From Pocillopora damicornis (Eukaryota), in contig NW_020845038.1 in assembly GCF_003704095.1 (NCBI RefSeq), positions 1-64,000 of the forward strand: 64,000 nt of DNA, read 5' to 3'. Every line of letters starts with the position of its first letter. The stretch's first letter is position 1. Positions 12,601 through 28,710 of the stretch are shown in pieces. The notes below the pieces were generated by a model, which saw only the letters and a program-made list of their open reading frames with translations, had not been told where the DNA came from and did no database searches. Made by a program: the position numbers and the translations under genes.

Positions 12601-15600
12601 CAGGTTGCAGCAGCTTGGAGTAGTAACTAAAGCTGTATACTTTTGGGAGCTTGTTTAGTGGAATGGTGTTTGAAATTTAACCAGATTTATATGACTACAA
12701 AATAAACATCAAAGTACTAAACTGGATAAAGTACTAACATTCCCCTCCCTCTCCCCCTTATATTGGGATTCAGACTCATTATTTTATGCCATGAGCAATG
12801 GTTTGCTACAAGTGGAAAGAAGTAACAGCTAAAGATTAAACTTTTTGAGGTCTTTTCTCTTTTTAATATTTTCTTGGTATGTTTTATAGAAAGAGGATAT
12901 TTATCCTGGGTCCATCTCATCATATGTACCTGCCTGGCTGTGCAGTAACAAGTTTATCACAGTATGAAACTCCATTGTACAATCTTTCAATTGACACAGA
13001 GGGTAAGAGTTTTCTTTGAAATATCACTTTTGAGAAACTGTTTTAATTAATCTACCAGCTTGATTAATTTATGTGTCTTCAGTTATAGTTAATTAGCACA
13101 ATTTAAGCAAAAGCCAAGGTTTCCATGGCAGCAGAGTGAATTGAACAAATCAAGAGTGGTCAAAGCCTCTGCTATGACAAATGATGTTGTTGATAAGAGT
13201 ACAGACCACACAAAACCACCGTTGATTTGTTTTTTAACAACAATATTAATTTTAAAGCTGATTCTTTTAGTGCGTGACCATTGCATGAAACATTGATGCC
13301 TGTAGTGTGGTTTGTATATATTTTGATCAACAATGTCAAATTAGCCAATGTGATTAGGACATCACTGCCAATTGTGGTAAAAATCAATGTTTTAAATTTC
13401 TTTTTCAGTAAATAGAGAACTATTGGCAACGGGAGAGTTTGAGAAGCTTAGTCAAGCTGATGATGAAAGAGAACACAGTATCGAGCTTCATTTGCCTTAT
13501 ATTGCCAAAGTTATGGAGAGGTGTGAACATCAAGCAAATTATTACACTCTACTAATTGCATCTTTTGTTCAAAGTTCTAAGGCCTATTATCAGGGTGGTG
13601 ATCCTTCATAGTGGCTGCAATGTGATTTGTTTTAATTTAGCTTCGTGAATTTGATTTGACATCAACTCAACACCCAACAGCTGATTGCATAAATACATAA
13701 AAGCCTCCATTTGGCACAAAAATATATGGATATTTGTCCACAGAAATAATCTGGTCTGAGAAGCTTGCTCTGAGAAAACTTTTCCCTTCTCAGAGCAAAT
13801 CATGTTTGCAGACAAATACTCGGGCATATTTTGGTGCCAAATGGAGGCTACTGTGGTTATTATCCTCTAAACATTTTGCAGTGTGTAGACAAAATGTTTA
13901 CAAACAATGTACTATTTACTGTACAATGACATTTCCTTTTTAGTGTTCTTTGGTACAATTTTATAAACATAGAAATATATCATATTGGCTTGAAAACTGG
14001 GTAATATTACTGGATACTTTCCAGTTTAGGTGGGAAGTTTTTGGTTGTATGACACATTTAGACCAATCACATGCGAGCAAAAATATTTGATGGAATGGAT
14101 TATAAGTATGTATATTCACATTATCTGTTTGCTACAAGAGTGCATCTCAATTGGGTGTCATAAAACCAAATGCAAAGTTATCACTACCACTAGCCAATCA
14201 GAGCAAAGTAAAACATAATAATGTGCCAAAATAAATTCTCAATAAAACCAAGAAAATTGCTCTTAGTGTGGAAAAATGTAAATAGCCAAGTGGCAATCAT
14301 TTTTAGATTTGAATCTGATTATTCCAGAAAGCAGGACAACTTTTCGAGATCAATCACATTGCAAAATTAAGCAAAAATAAAGGAATCAGAGGTTACTTTT
14401 GATGGTGAATTGAAAATTTCTTTGATATATGGGGACTATGAGGAAAATCACTTTTTAAAATATCTTCAGAAGTTAAATGGTTTTAAGAATATTGTTCTTT
14501 TGCTGACAGTAAGAAGGACCAATTTAAGATTGTTCCAATTGTGGTTGGTTCATTATCAACAAGGAGTGAAGTCACATATGGCCGGCTTCTTAGCAAGTAT
14601 CTGGTCAGACCAGAGAATTTGTTTATCATCTCTTCAGACTTCTGTCACTGGGGTTAGTACACTGAATATAGTTTTTCAAATGTTAATAAAAATCAGTGAT
14701 CAAGAGTTGTCCATAAAGCATCACATACAATACTTTAATGTGTTGATAAGAATTCTTATGAAAAGCTAAGTGAATGATGATTCAGGAAAAAGAAAACATA
14801 CACAAATGTGCTGACTGAATCTAACTTGAAATTTAACCCTTTAATTCCAAAGATCTGATTATTAATTCTCCCCTCTAGCTGCTACACTTATCCTTGTAAA
14901 TTAGGCACAAGAATTTGGTTTTAGATCAGGACAACAACTTTGACTTAGCAAGTTTAAGTATTCTTAGTACCTGTTTGGTGGATAACATATGGATGTTATA
15001 TAGAGAGGTTACTTGTTGATCACTTCTGGAAGTTAAAGGGTGAAGGAAAAAAGTCTAGAATACTTCTGCAGCAAATTGTTGCTATCCTCACCATAAAGAA
15101 GATGTGTGCTTTCCATAAATTGATCATGAACTTGAGATCAAGAAAATCATCAAATTAGAATTTATAACATTTTGGAAGATTCTTTGTAGTTAAAGTGGCC
15201 GGTAATACTGAACATGAATTTCCCAGTCTGGCTGAGCAAGCTGTAACAAATTTGCGCAGTCTATGTGTGGTTTGGGGAATGACGGTAATATTTATAATGA
15301 TGATAATAATGATTATAACCAAAACAATAGAAAGCTGGCATTATTACCTTCCCAAGTTAGCCTGAAGGAGTTAAACTGGTAAGAGTGATCTTTCAAGACA
15401 GTAATGGCAACTGACTGTAGGATACCCTTGGCCATGTACAGTGTACATGACTTTTTAATGCTTTTTTTCTTTCAGGATCTCGATTTAGTTACACAGTTTA
15501 TGACAAAAGTTGTGGTCCCATTTATAAATCTATTGAAGCTCTAGATAGAAAGGTAATCTATGACTTAAATGTAAAGATCACAGTTTTTTTATATAGAATT

Positions 15601-16983
15601 ATCATTATCATTAACTAGATGCGTTGTCTACTGAGTTGCAGAAAGTTTGTTGACAAGCTAGGCTGCTCTGCATGATTTATATGTGACACATATGGCAAAT
15701 TACCACATTTCCTCAAATAAGCGCTTAGGTGCTTATTTAAAATTTTGTCTAGAAAGGGGGGGGATAGAAGAAGGGGCATCGTTTATTAAGAAACTTCTCA
15801 GCTGTACTGATCCCACTGAAGTTAAAACTTACAAGGTTTTAAATAAAGTAGCAGTAGAAGCAGGTTTTTTTCTTTGTATCCCTGTTATTAAGAAAGTGAG
15901 GGAGAAAGGGGGGAGCATCTATTTGGCCTCTGGGGGTGGGTGCAAAGGGCCCTTGTCAGAGAGTGGTGGGTGCTTAATCAAGGAAATATGGTAATCACTC
16001 TTTTTTTCTTAAAGTAGGAGGGAAACAAAATGTTTGCCTGTCAATTCAATGAAAGCACAGAGGTTTTATTAGTTATTCTTTCAGACATTAAGATAGCTAA
16101 GTTTAATTGTTGTGCAACATTGTTGTATCCAAATCTTAGGGTATGGATGCCATAGAAAAGCTTGACCCTGCCTGTTTTGCAGAATATTTGAAGAATTCCA
16201 AAAACACAATATGTGGTAGACACCCCATAGGTGTCCTACTCAATGTAAGTATTACAATAAAACCTCAAGTATCCAGACCTTGATTTTCTATATTTTTCTT
16301 GATTATCAGGACTTGTTTCTTTGGTCCCATATTGTTTGTGAATTTTAATTAATCGCATTTGAGATCTGTAACAACTTTTTTCCATGCATGTGTAGCAAAA
16401 CTACCATTGGAACTGAATTTGTTCCACTTCCAGAAGTGTTTTAGGAAGTGTTAACATACTTTAGGTGAAAAGACAAACCAATGTTGACACTATCCCATGC
16501 AGCTTTGCTATTCAACTCAGTCCCTAGGAGTCTGGATGATTGAGGTTTGATTGTGCAAATCATTTAGATTCAAGCTTTTTTAAATATCAGCCCCAAGAGC
16601 CTCTGGAGAACACTGCATAGCTTGCACCTCCTTTACCCTTAGATATGCCCTTAATATCTTCCAAATCAACCCTTACTAATCCAGATTAAGAATCTCTGCT
16701 ATTCAGTAAGTTAAGAAAACCTGACATAAAGCACCACAAAATGCTAAAATCCCTCTGAATTGTGAAACATTTATAAAATATCTTAAAACCAGTGTTGATA
16801 GATAATAACTTGATCTTTGCCTCTTACTCCTTACAGGCAGTAGAGGTCATGAAACAAATGAATGGTGTAACCCATCCATGGGCATTGGAATTCATTCACT
16901 ACTCACAGTCTAATGCATGTTTTCGCATGGATGAGAGTTCTGTCAGCTACGCTGCTGGTGTGCTGCATCAAAAAGCACATTGA
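9643..16983 (+). CDS. MEMO1: Protein MEMO1, 9 coding exons
   Basis: Approximate exons: 9643-9691 ([13 protein letters not shown]), 9818-9899 ([18 protein letters not shown]), 10000-10068 ([15 protein letters not shown]), 12889-13002 ([10 protein letters not shown]), 13410-13521 ([13 protein letters not shown]), 14510-14652 ([10 protein letters not shown]), 15476-15552, 16140-16243 ([14 protein letters not shown]), 16837-16983 ([12 protein letters not shown]). These are the characteristic MEMO1 motifs. Confidence 0.95.
11331..11953. mobile_element. Three adjacent ~200-bp TTAA-flanked MITEs (piggyBac-type ends)
   Basis: TTAA|CCCTTTAACTCCC...GGGAGTTAAAGGG|TTAA termini; TTAA at 11331, 11535 (shared by two elements), 11738/11743 and 11950. 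Confidence 0.85.
12211..12421. mobile_element. TTAA/piggyBac-type MITE
   Basis: Same internal sequence and GGGAGTTAAAGGGTTAA end as the 11331 element. Further family members at about 14833-15042, 24973-25193, 31637-31835, 36250-36450, 44048-44257, 46706-46910, 53200-53301, 56298-56514, 57045-57270, 59227-59441 and 61398-61609. Confidence 0.75.
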
Positions 16984-19900
16984 CATTAGTGACAAGAGTA
17001 CAGTGAAAAATCTAGCTTCTTTGTAAAATATTCCTTTTATTTTTCTCCTTAATCTAGAAAGCTTTCTCTTTTACAGCAGTTTCTTGCTCAGAACAGGCAA
17101 TGATATCAGTGTTCAGGACAGGCAAATATATCAGTGTTCAGGAGGAAGACGTTGTGACATTCTTTGGTACTCTAATAAGAGCTCTTTCTTTGCCGAGGCC
17201 TGGTCTTGAAATGTTTTAGCATCAAACTTTCCCAGCTCTTATTTCTATTGTTAAGAGCCCAGGAGTGGGTGAACAACCAAGTATCTTGTTCACGCCATTA
17301 TGTGTAATATCTGTTACAATAGTAACTCATGTCTGGAGCTTCATATTTAGCTTCCTGAGTAAAGTAGACTGAATCCAGTGCTATCAGGGTTTTACAGTGA
17401 TTTTTTGTTGAGTGAGGCACTGCGGAAGTTTGGCAGGCATGTTTTGATGTTAAAATCTTGTTGTTCATATGAGTGACTAGCTTGGTTTCCAGTGGTAACC
17501 ATGACTTTTTTTGGTGGTCTTCCAATTTTAAAGATCAATGACAAAGGACTTTTGAGATTCTGTTACCACTCAGAAGGAGAAAGGTTGCCCAAGACAACAC
17601 CCTTATTTTATGGTCAAAACTTTTTCTATGCCTCAACTGATAATTGTAGTACCAACTGTTGGTGCCAAAATGTCACATATTCCAATTCCTGAACATGATC
17701 AAGACTGTGAAGAACTGCATTTGCTGCATTTCCCGTTTTCATATATAGTTCCTTAAATAAGCAAAATTATTTTTTCTCGGCTTCCTTGTTTATATCTTAC
17801 TGTGCTCTTCTGCTTTGACCAAATGTTGTAAAAGGTTGTTGAAAAAGTTAATTGAAAGAATTGAAAGAGCTATAGGGAAAAAAGTTATTTTCTTGACCAT
17901 TATCAAAGAAATTTTTGCACTACTGACTTCTTGGAAGTCTTAGTATTTTTGCAACTTTGCTATACTTGATTTTTGGTCATTTTTGGGTACCTAATATTTT
18001 CCTTGGTTTCCAGAATACTGCTCAGTTCTTTGTTGTCAAGACAGCATCCCATTGGATCTCACAACTGATTAGAGAGTAGTGGTTAGAACTGGTTCCTAAT
18101 GCGTGATCTTATTGATATGGCCAACATTTTTCAATAAAACCAGCTCTGACGAAGGGATAACATTAAAAATGTCAGCTTTAGATAATCTTTACAGTGGCTA
18201 ATTTACATTATCAAATCAGTTGACAAAGCCAAATTATCTCATAATAAGACTGGATGAGGAGATGACTGACACAGAATAATAAATAACTTTCAAGTCATTC
18301 TAGAAAGTACTCTGCGCTATGCAATTCACCTCAGGTAAAAGAAGGAAATATGTGGTGCACAATAATGGCTGAAAATCAAACTAGATTTTGCTTAAAGAGA
18401 ATTTGTTAGGGTATTTATGCACATGGAAATAAAGAGCTTCAGAGTTACATGATGTGTATCATGCATGACTGTGTGTACCCTTTCAGAAATAATCCCTTCG
18501 TCCAGTGGATGAAAGAAATTTATGGAGTTTTCGTTTCAATATTTGACAAACATGGTTCATTCTCAATGTGTGGCAGACCTTCACAGCACTTCCCAAAGTT
18601 TGGTAGGCTTTTTATACTCACATTTTTATTTGATCAGATATCTCTAATTACAACAAAACAACATTAATCTTATGCTTGTTAGTAATTACATTTGGGAACT
18701 GCAGCTTTCACTCAGCACACTATCAAGGTGAATCCTAGCCAGAAAGGTCATTCCCGGAAAGATACACAAGGATTTAAAAGTTATTTCCAGGCAGGAAAAT
18801 TTTTCATGAACACACAAAATGAGAATTTCTAAGTTGAATTATCACATTCCATGAATGTCCTTTCATTAGGTTTGTAACTTAGTTATCAGATGCACAATTG
18901 ATAACTTCGGTCTCCCAAACAAAAAATCCATTCTGTCAATTTCTGTTTCTTTAGCTATCAGTTCAGACCAGTTCCTTGATGATTATTTACTTTTAAATCT
19001 CCAAGGAATTCAATGGCAAAAGCATCACAGAATCTTAAAAAAAGGATAAACTGATCAGACCTTAATTTTCTTGTACACTATGCCAAGCTGGAACTTTTGA
19101 TAGAGACACAATGTTCCCGAGTTTCCATGTAACTTTGTTGACTATTTTACTGGCTAGTTTTACCATGAACGTACACACTTTAACCAAAATTGATTTTAAA
19201 ATGATTACCTTTCATCACTGGTGCAAACCCAACATCCAAATTAATAATACATATTCAATTTAGTGGAACTAAACTTGTGGTTTTGGTAACGTAAATGATT
19301 GTAAAACACATAACTAGCTACCAAGGATAAAATTCTACTTAAGTATGTAGGAACTTTGCATAAGATAGCATGTTTCACAAATTACAAAATGATTTGAATG
19401 AATTTTTCTTTTAATAGTACCAAACTCCTTATAAAACTATGCATCCTACCCTTACAGAAACAATTCTTCAATACACAAAAAAATCTACCAAGACTCTTAC
19501 CGCAGACTGTTAATGATCATGATGGATGCTCTGGGAATTCAAGATATTCATATAAATAAAGTTGAATTATATTTTGCAAAAGTCTTCTTAAACAAGTGTG
19601 ACCTGAATCAACACTCTATAAATTCAACAATACTTTATTTTTTATTTGTGATACAGCAAATTCTATTGTACACACCTAACCAGTGTTATCAATTAACATA
19701 CAATGCTTTGGTACCAGTTTGCTCTTTAGTAAATCCAAAACTACATCGGAGTTTCAAAAAAAAAAAACAAAACAAAAAACAAAACCAAAAGGATTATTAA
19801 ATTGAAGCAAAAATAGAAAGAAAAAAAGACAATCTGAAATTTTGCATCTAATATATGCTGCACCATAATGTCATGATGTAAGATTGCAGTGACCATCAAC

Positions 19901-20081
19901 ATTTTAATCATCGGGACTCCCACTTATAGACCCTTTCCCATGATGAAAAGTCTGCGTAATTTGAAAGCTGAAAAGATGTATAAAATGGGAGAGGTTCTTA
20001 TCATTATTTTTCAGAAGTATTAAGTAACTCAAACCAAGTGGTTTGCATCCAATGTTTTTTTTTTGTTTTTGTGACTATTTA

Positions 20082-23253
<3,172 letters not shown>

Positions 23254-23447
23254 GTTAGGCTGTCTCGCTCCCAGTTGATTTGGTCGTTGATTCAGCTTCG
23301 TGTCAAGCTAAACTTTAAATGAAATGATGTTCAAATACCGGCAATTTATCTTGCTTTTTTGGTGAAAGAGGAAGCGAGCCACTAAGCTCAGCTTGGCGTG
23401 GTGCTAACAATAATCCTTAGAGGGGGATGAACAAATTGCCCTCCTCC

Positions 23448-23478
23448 ATGACGTCATGATGTTGTAAGACGACGTGGC
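23448..23478. promoter_or_regulatory. CRE (ATGACGTCAT) plus GACGTGGC (XBP1/CREB3-type) upstream of Rab1
   Basis: Perfect palindrome at 23448-23457 and GACGTGGC at 23471-23478, about 200 bp upstream of the Rab1 ATG. Confidence 0.5.
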
Positions 23479-25313
23479 AGGTTCACTCGTAGAATTCTCG
23501 TATGTTGTTCGGAACACGTCGGCTTATCTGACGCTTTCCCTCACGGAAGGGAATTTTTTAAGCCTTACGTAACTTTCAGATCGGTTATTTTTTTAATTTG
23601 GAAAAGCAGTCCTCAAATTTTTTTAATTCTCCTTTTTTGTTTTAGCGAAATATGGTAAAGAGAGCTGACATGGCAGGATAAGATATCAACAATTTCCCAA
23701 GTACCCATTAAACATTGTACGTTAATTGATCACAATCAGAAGCTTGCGTTTCGATAAAACAAAATATGCTTCATTGTCGCCAAATTCTGTCACAATATCG
23801 GGAAGGACAAAAGATTTTGTCATTTCCTCTCTAAAAAATTCTTCTAATTTTTTTATTTATTAACCAGTTGCTAATTTATGCCTTTCCGAATCATGCGTAC
23901 AAAATATGCTCACTCTTTGTCATTAAAAGGCCTTCTCCCGTGAGACGGCAGCCTTGAAATTTGCAAAATTTGTAAGTCTTGTATGAAGGCTTTATGTCTT
24001 ATGGCGATGAGGATCAAAGTATTATCGATATTTTATGATGTATTGTGACGTACTGTTAAAAGTTATGTCATATCAAGGTCCATGGTTTGCATCACGCGAT
24101 AAAAGGAAGGCCGAACAAAATAAAACTTTATTGTAGAGGGTCTGAGATATAACATACGTTCCTAATAAGCAAGAAACCTTGCATCGTTCTTTAGTGCCAC
24201 TCCTCCTCATGAAAAACTAAATTAATTTAAAGTCATTTGATAGAAATATAAATCTGCAATGTTTGTTTGTCGGTTTGACGCCATTATCTCTCGCTCGGAA
24301 TGTTAGGAGATTTAACACTCAAATGGCTTCTGAAATCACGAGTATTTGGCTTGTGATTTACAAATTTCTCTCGTGTTCTTCTCAGTCCCAAGTCACGTGG
24401 ATTACAAAAGCATTTAAAGCGATGGAAAATGCGTTCAATGGCTTACGTATTTTATCAGTCACCTCTCTGAGTCACTGGGGACGATGCAATTATTCTTCAA
24501 CTGAGTTAGTAAATTCATTTTGGATGTGCAAAAGAAACTAGATCAAAGGTCGATTAACACTTTCAAAATTAGAATGATTTGTCTCAGATAATTTAGAATT
24601 GATAATAAGTCATGGACAGTCTTCCTGATATATCATCGAAACGGAAATACCTCACTGTGATTACATGCGAACTATACTCTCTTGTTTGCTTTATTACCAG
24701 AGAGATTGAAAGTTATTTCGCTTCAGTTCCCTACAATAATTAGCCCTCAAAATCTACTCGTATCACAATAGTGCGCTCTGGTTCTAAAAAGAACTGAAAT
24801 ATTCGAAATATTTCGAACGTACGAAGACGAAAGTTTCATAAGAAAAGATATCGATCAAAAGTACAACGGAAAATTTACTCATCAAAATGGAATAAATACG
24901 CTGACGCACAAATATTTTTTTTCCCGTAAATGTATATACGCGCAAAGGCTATTGTCGAGTAACTTTTTCGCATTAACCTTTGACACCCTCTGATCAATAC
25001 GTGTATTCTCCGTACTGCTCTCTATTCATTTCCTATAGTACTGGCTTGGAGAAATTGTTTGACAATGACGATCTTCTTTAGTTGGTGATCGGGTTCCTTA
25101 TCCTCACGACCTTAGTGTTTGATTCAGCAGTAATGCTGTAATGAGAATTTAGATCCCAGTCACTAAAGGGTTTAACATTAACCAAATTTACTGGAGGGGT
25201 ATGAACATGATTATTTGTAAAGCGGTGCCTAAATATAGAGACACGAGTAACAGATGCACAGTTCCGCTCCCTAATCCAGAGTGCTGTCCTGCTCGCAAAG
25301 TCGAAGCTTTCTC

Positions 25314-26684
25314 TCACTCAGTCAACTTTTTCACCAGCGCCTCTGCCTCGCTAACCGCACTGCCGTCGACAATGTACCTGTCGACGAACGAATCATCAAA
25401 GCAGCTCGTTAAGAAGATCCTTGAAGGTTCCTCCTCCACTCTGTGGACCCTGAACACCTCATATGGTGGAAGCAGTACTTCATCCTCCTCGGGAAAAGCC
25501 GAAAGCATCTTAATGGAAGCTCCTATCCTAGTGACAATGACAAACTGACTTCCGTTCGATTTTTTCTGGAAGTCCTCTGCTACTTTGATATTACCGGTGG
25601 ATGAGGTGTAAGAGCCAAATCGTACTATTTGACTAGGTTTTGCGGTAAATCGTATGTTAACACCGCGGTAAACGATTCTTGTGCGACTTTCTTTGGGCGT
25701 GGCCGCGAGAATTTTCCGGCAAGCCTCTCGGAGAAGGTACGATAGAATTGGAAAATCCATGCCATCGCCAGTGTAACCTCTCCTGGTGTCGCTGTTGAAA
25801 TAGCGATACACAGGTGGATTCTCCAACGTGTAACAAATGACAGCGAAAATCTCGTCATCTGTCAGACCAGCGCGGCCAGAATTGATTTCAAGTGTTTCTT
25901 TCATTTGAGGCCATTTCTTCATGGCTTCTTCATATCCAGCGTGAATAAGAGCGTTCTTTTTACCCTCGTATGCCAATCCCCTCCTCATCATCGTCACCAT
26001 GATTTCACCGGGAAAGGACACAGCGAAGCTGCTTTCTGCAAGCCCCATTTGTATAACGTTCGCAAAGGTGGAGAACCTATTATATTCAGTCTCTGAAACT
26101 GCGGCTGGATGTATCACTTTCAGAGGAAAGAACCCTTCCGGCGGGATGTGGACGAAGGGATTCGTTTCAGTGCCTAAGTTAATCTGTACCCTCTCTCCTC
26201 TCATGAGGGACAAGCATGGATAGACAGCCCCCTCGAACGTTACTCCTGAAAAGGCGCAGCCCATTTCTCCTTCCCAATCACCGTTCAAACCGAAGCTAAC
26301 CTCTCCGTCTTCCAAATTGACAGCCATGCTAATCACATCACCAGCCTTCCACCGTCGGCCATATTGTTTTTTCTTATTATTGTGCCACTTCAAACCCCTC
26401 ATTCCGTCGTAGGCCCACGAATGCTGATCATCCCCACAGCCTTTGCCTTCGTCAGCTACGGCCGTAAAGCTTTCGTCTGCCCACCCAAGCTGCATGTAGC
26501 CGCCTGTATTTGTTTTGCATTCAAAATAAAACTTTCCTTGTGTTTGCCGAAGTGGTTTCAGCACTACAGTCGGAGCGGCGCGCTGCGCAAAGATTTCTAT
26601 CGGCGGGCCCTCCAGAATGACGGCTGCCTCTTGGTAGCTATCAGCTCCTTCGACTGTTGCCAAAGCTTTGTAGTCCATATCCAT
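25314..26684 (-). CDS. Intronless SPRY-domain + NAD:arginine ADP-ribosyltransferase (ARTC/R-S-E type) fusion, 456 aa
   Basis: N-terminal half: GKFYFEC..GYMQLGWA..GCGDDQHSWAYDG..W..GDVI..AVNLE..VSFGLNG..AF..VYPCLSL..INLG..PF (SPRY, RNF123/RSPRY1-like). C-terminal half: AVICYT..VYRYFN..R, VYRG (R340), VRFGSYTSST (S361), SAFPEEDEVLLPPYEVF (E400-x-E402). No N-terminal signal peptide or C-terminal hydrophobic GPI signal is visible. Confidence 0.92.
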   Translation of the reverse strand: MDMDYKALATVEGADSYQEAAVILEGPPIEIFAQRAAPTVVLKPLRQTQGKFYFECKTNTGGYMQLGWADESFTAVADEGKGCGDDQHSWAYDGMRGLKWHNNKKKQYGRRWKAGDVISMAVNLEDGEVSFGLNGDWEGEMGCAFSGVTFEGAVYPCLSLMRGERVQINLGTETNPFVHIPPEGFFPLKVIHPAAVSETEYNRFSTFANVIQMGLAESSFAVSFPGEIMVTMMRRGLAYEGKKNALIHAGYEEAMKKWPQMKETLEINSGRAGLTDDEIFAVICYTLENPPVYRYFNSDTRRGYTGDGMDFPILSYLLREACRKILAATPKESRTRIVYRGVNIRFTAKPSQIVRFGSYTSSTGNIKVAEDFQKKSNGSQFVIVTRIGASIKMLSAFPEEDEVLLPPYEVFRVHRVEEEPSRIFLTSCFDDSFVDRYIVDGSAVSEAEALVKKLTE

Positions 26685-28510
26685 GGTTCAGCCACTGTCT
26701 TTCTATATCACTAAGTTGAATGCTGCCAAAAGATTATTTCCACTTATCGCTCTATTGAAAGTTTGATGTTGCACGGAGCTCAATATTGAGTGCTCGTAAC
26801 TTTTGCGTGCATTATTTCACGCGCTTAACTATATAGGCAAAGGCCGTTTGCTCGATTTTCCCCGTAATTAGGAAGACTTTGTCTCTTCAGCGTATTCACG
26901 AGAACTCGGTGCGCCATTTATTTTTTCCTTATTTTGATACATACTCAGTATACCCTTTGATCCTTTGTTTTGGTATCTACGAGTCGCTAGTTATTCCCTT
27001 CGCGATTATAGGAAACGACGCGTAGCTAATCTGGTAATTGATGCATCTTTATTCATATATTTAAATTACAATTAAAATATTTTATCTTCTGTTAACAGTC
27101 AGTTATGTGCATACTTTAGTGGGGTTTATTTATGGTCACGACATTCTCCGGAACGGTTGAAAAAAAAAACCCACTGAAATGATGAAAATTATTATTATTT
27201 GCTCTTTATCATGCAAAATAGTTTCATTTGTGACTACTACTTCCTACCATGGAGGCGAAGCCACAATTAATGTTACCGAAATGAGTGAGTGAGTTACGGA
27301 GTCCTGGATGGTAAAGTAACAGTGGAAAGCAGAACTTCACCCGATTTTGACCCATGTCACTTAATGTTTATTTCGGAGTATCCTCTTAGATCGACATTCG
27401 CACTGGAGATCGTTATGCGCAGCATATACTAAAGAAAGAAGAATGCCTTCGAAACAAATTATTTTGTGCATAAGACAAAACAAGATGACATCTTGTCAGT
27501 TCTTGCCGTGACACTGCAGAATACGATAAACATCTCACTATCATTTCAGGATGCTGCGTGATTTAAGACAACATTTCCATGCAGGAATATCTGAAAAGGG
27601 GCGGTCAGCGCATCATGTTAAATTTTTTGAAAATTTATTTCTTTAAAGAATGAGGGTTTTACCGTTTGAATTAGCGAATTATGCCTGGTTGATTTCACAA
27701 ATAATTTCGGCGCGTAATTTAAAACAAACCTGCGAGGATCTCTTAAATTTGTTTCTTCACCGCAGTGCAAATATATGAATTTCATATATCTGAAATCATT
27801 AAAACAAACTTTTTCACTTGCAGTAATATCTACAAAGGTGTGATCTGCACATCGTGAAACCTTTGAGGGAAAATTTTTCTTTTTCGAAGAGAGAGCACTT
27901 TGCCATTTGAACCAGCGACTATCATTGCCCAAAAGAGGCGCTAAATAGGTCCGAAGTACCATACCTCGAGTATATTCGATGGAATGATGGAACGGTGGAA
28001 TGGCGGAATGACGGAATATCATAACGCACAATGCCTTGTTGTATGAAACAAACGTCCCACAAAAATCGAATTGCAATGAATTAAGAAAGTCATTTATGAT
28101 GTAAAGGGAAAATTAAAGAAAGGGTAGTTTACAACATGTAAGCTTTCATGTGATGTAAGTTTCATTAGATTTGGTTTCGAATTTCGCCGGATGAACTCAC
28201 ATTAAATTCATCTTTCGTTGTGCTTAACATAGAGAAAGGACGCTAAGCCCCTTTCTGTAAACTTTCGCCGTTTTTGTACGCGCCTAATTTTGCAATATAC
28301 TACTACATATAAGCTTGTAAGTTTCATTCGATTTCATAAATATCGACCAATACCACTCAGCAAAATTCACTCTGGTTTCGCTACACGCAAACTGACCATG
28401 ATCTTCGTGATATCAACATGTTTTATTTCATTTCATGCAACACTGAAATTCGCTATTCTTCTTGCATTTAACGGTTAACATTTCCTATACAATAGGATAT
28501 ATATATAATA

Positions 28511-28587
28511 GTCAATTCGTCACTGGCGGGGAGTTGACTCACCTTGGTGGTGGCGAATTTGTTATGGTGGCGAGTTGACCAGATACC
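28511..28587. repeat. Short remnant of a subterminal-repeat MITE (GGCGAGTTGACC...GATACC end)
   Basis: Repeated GGCG(A/G)(G/A)TT motifs ending in GGCGAGTTGACCAGATACC; end architecture resembles the neighbouring element. Confidence 0.4.
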
Positions 28588-28710
28588 TTATAAATTATCC
28601 TTATTATCAGTATTGTTAATGTGATATTTGTTGTTGGTTGAATATCAATTAGTCACTGTATTCTTGAATTACCTTTCTCAGGTGGAACAGGATACTCATA
28701 AATATGTGGG

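Noticed and set aside
25201-26714. Plus-strand ORFs overlapping SPRY-ART
   Set aside because: Antisense shadows of a GC-richer coding sequence.
26851-26863. NF-kB-like site (GGGGAAAATCG, minus strand) upstream of SPRY-ART
   Set aside because: Two mismatches to GGGRNWYYCC; expected by chance.
27618-28076. 152-aa minus-strand ORF
   Set aside because: No domain similarity; non-ATG start; overlaps repeat-like sequence.
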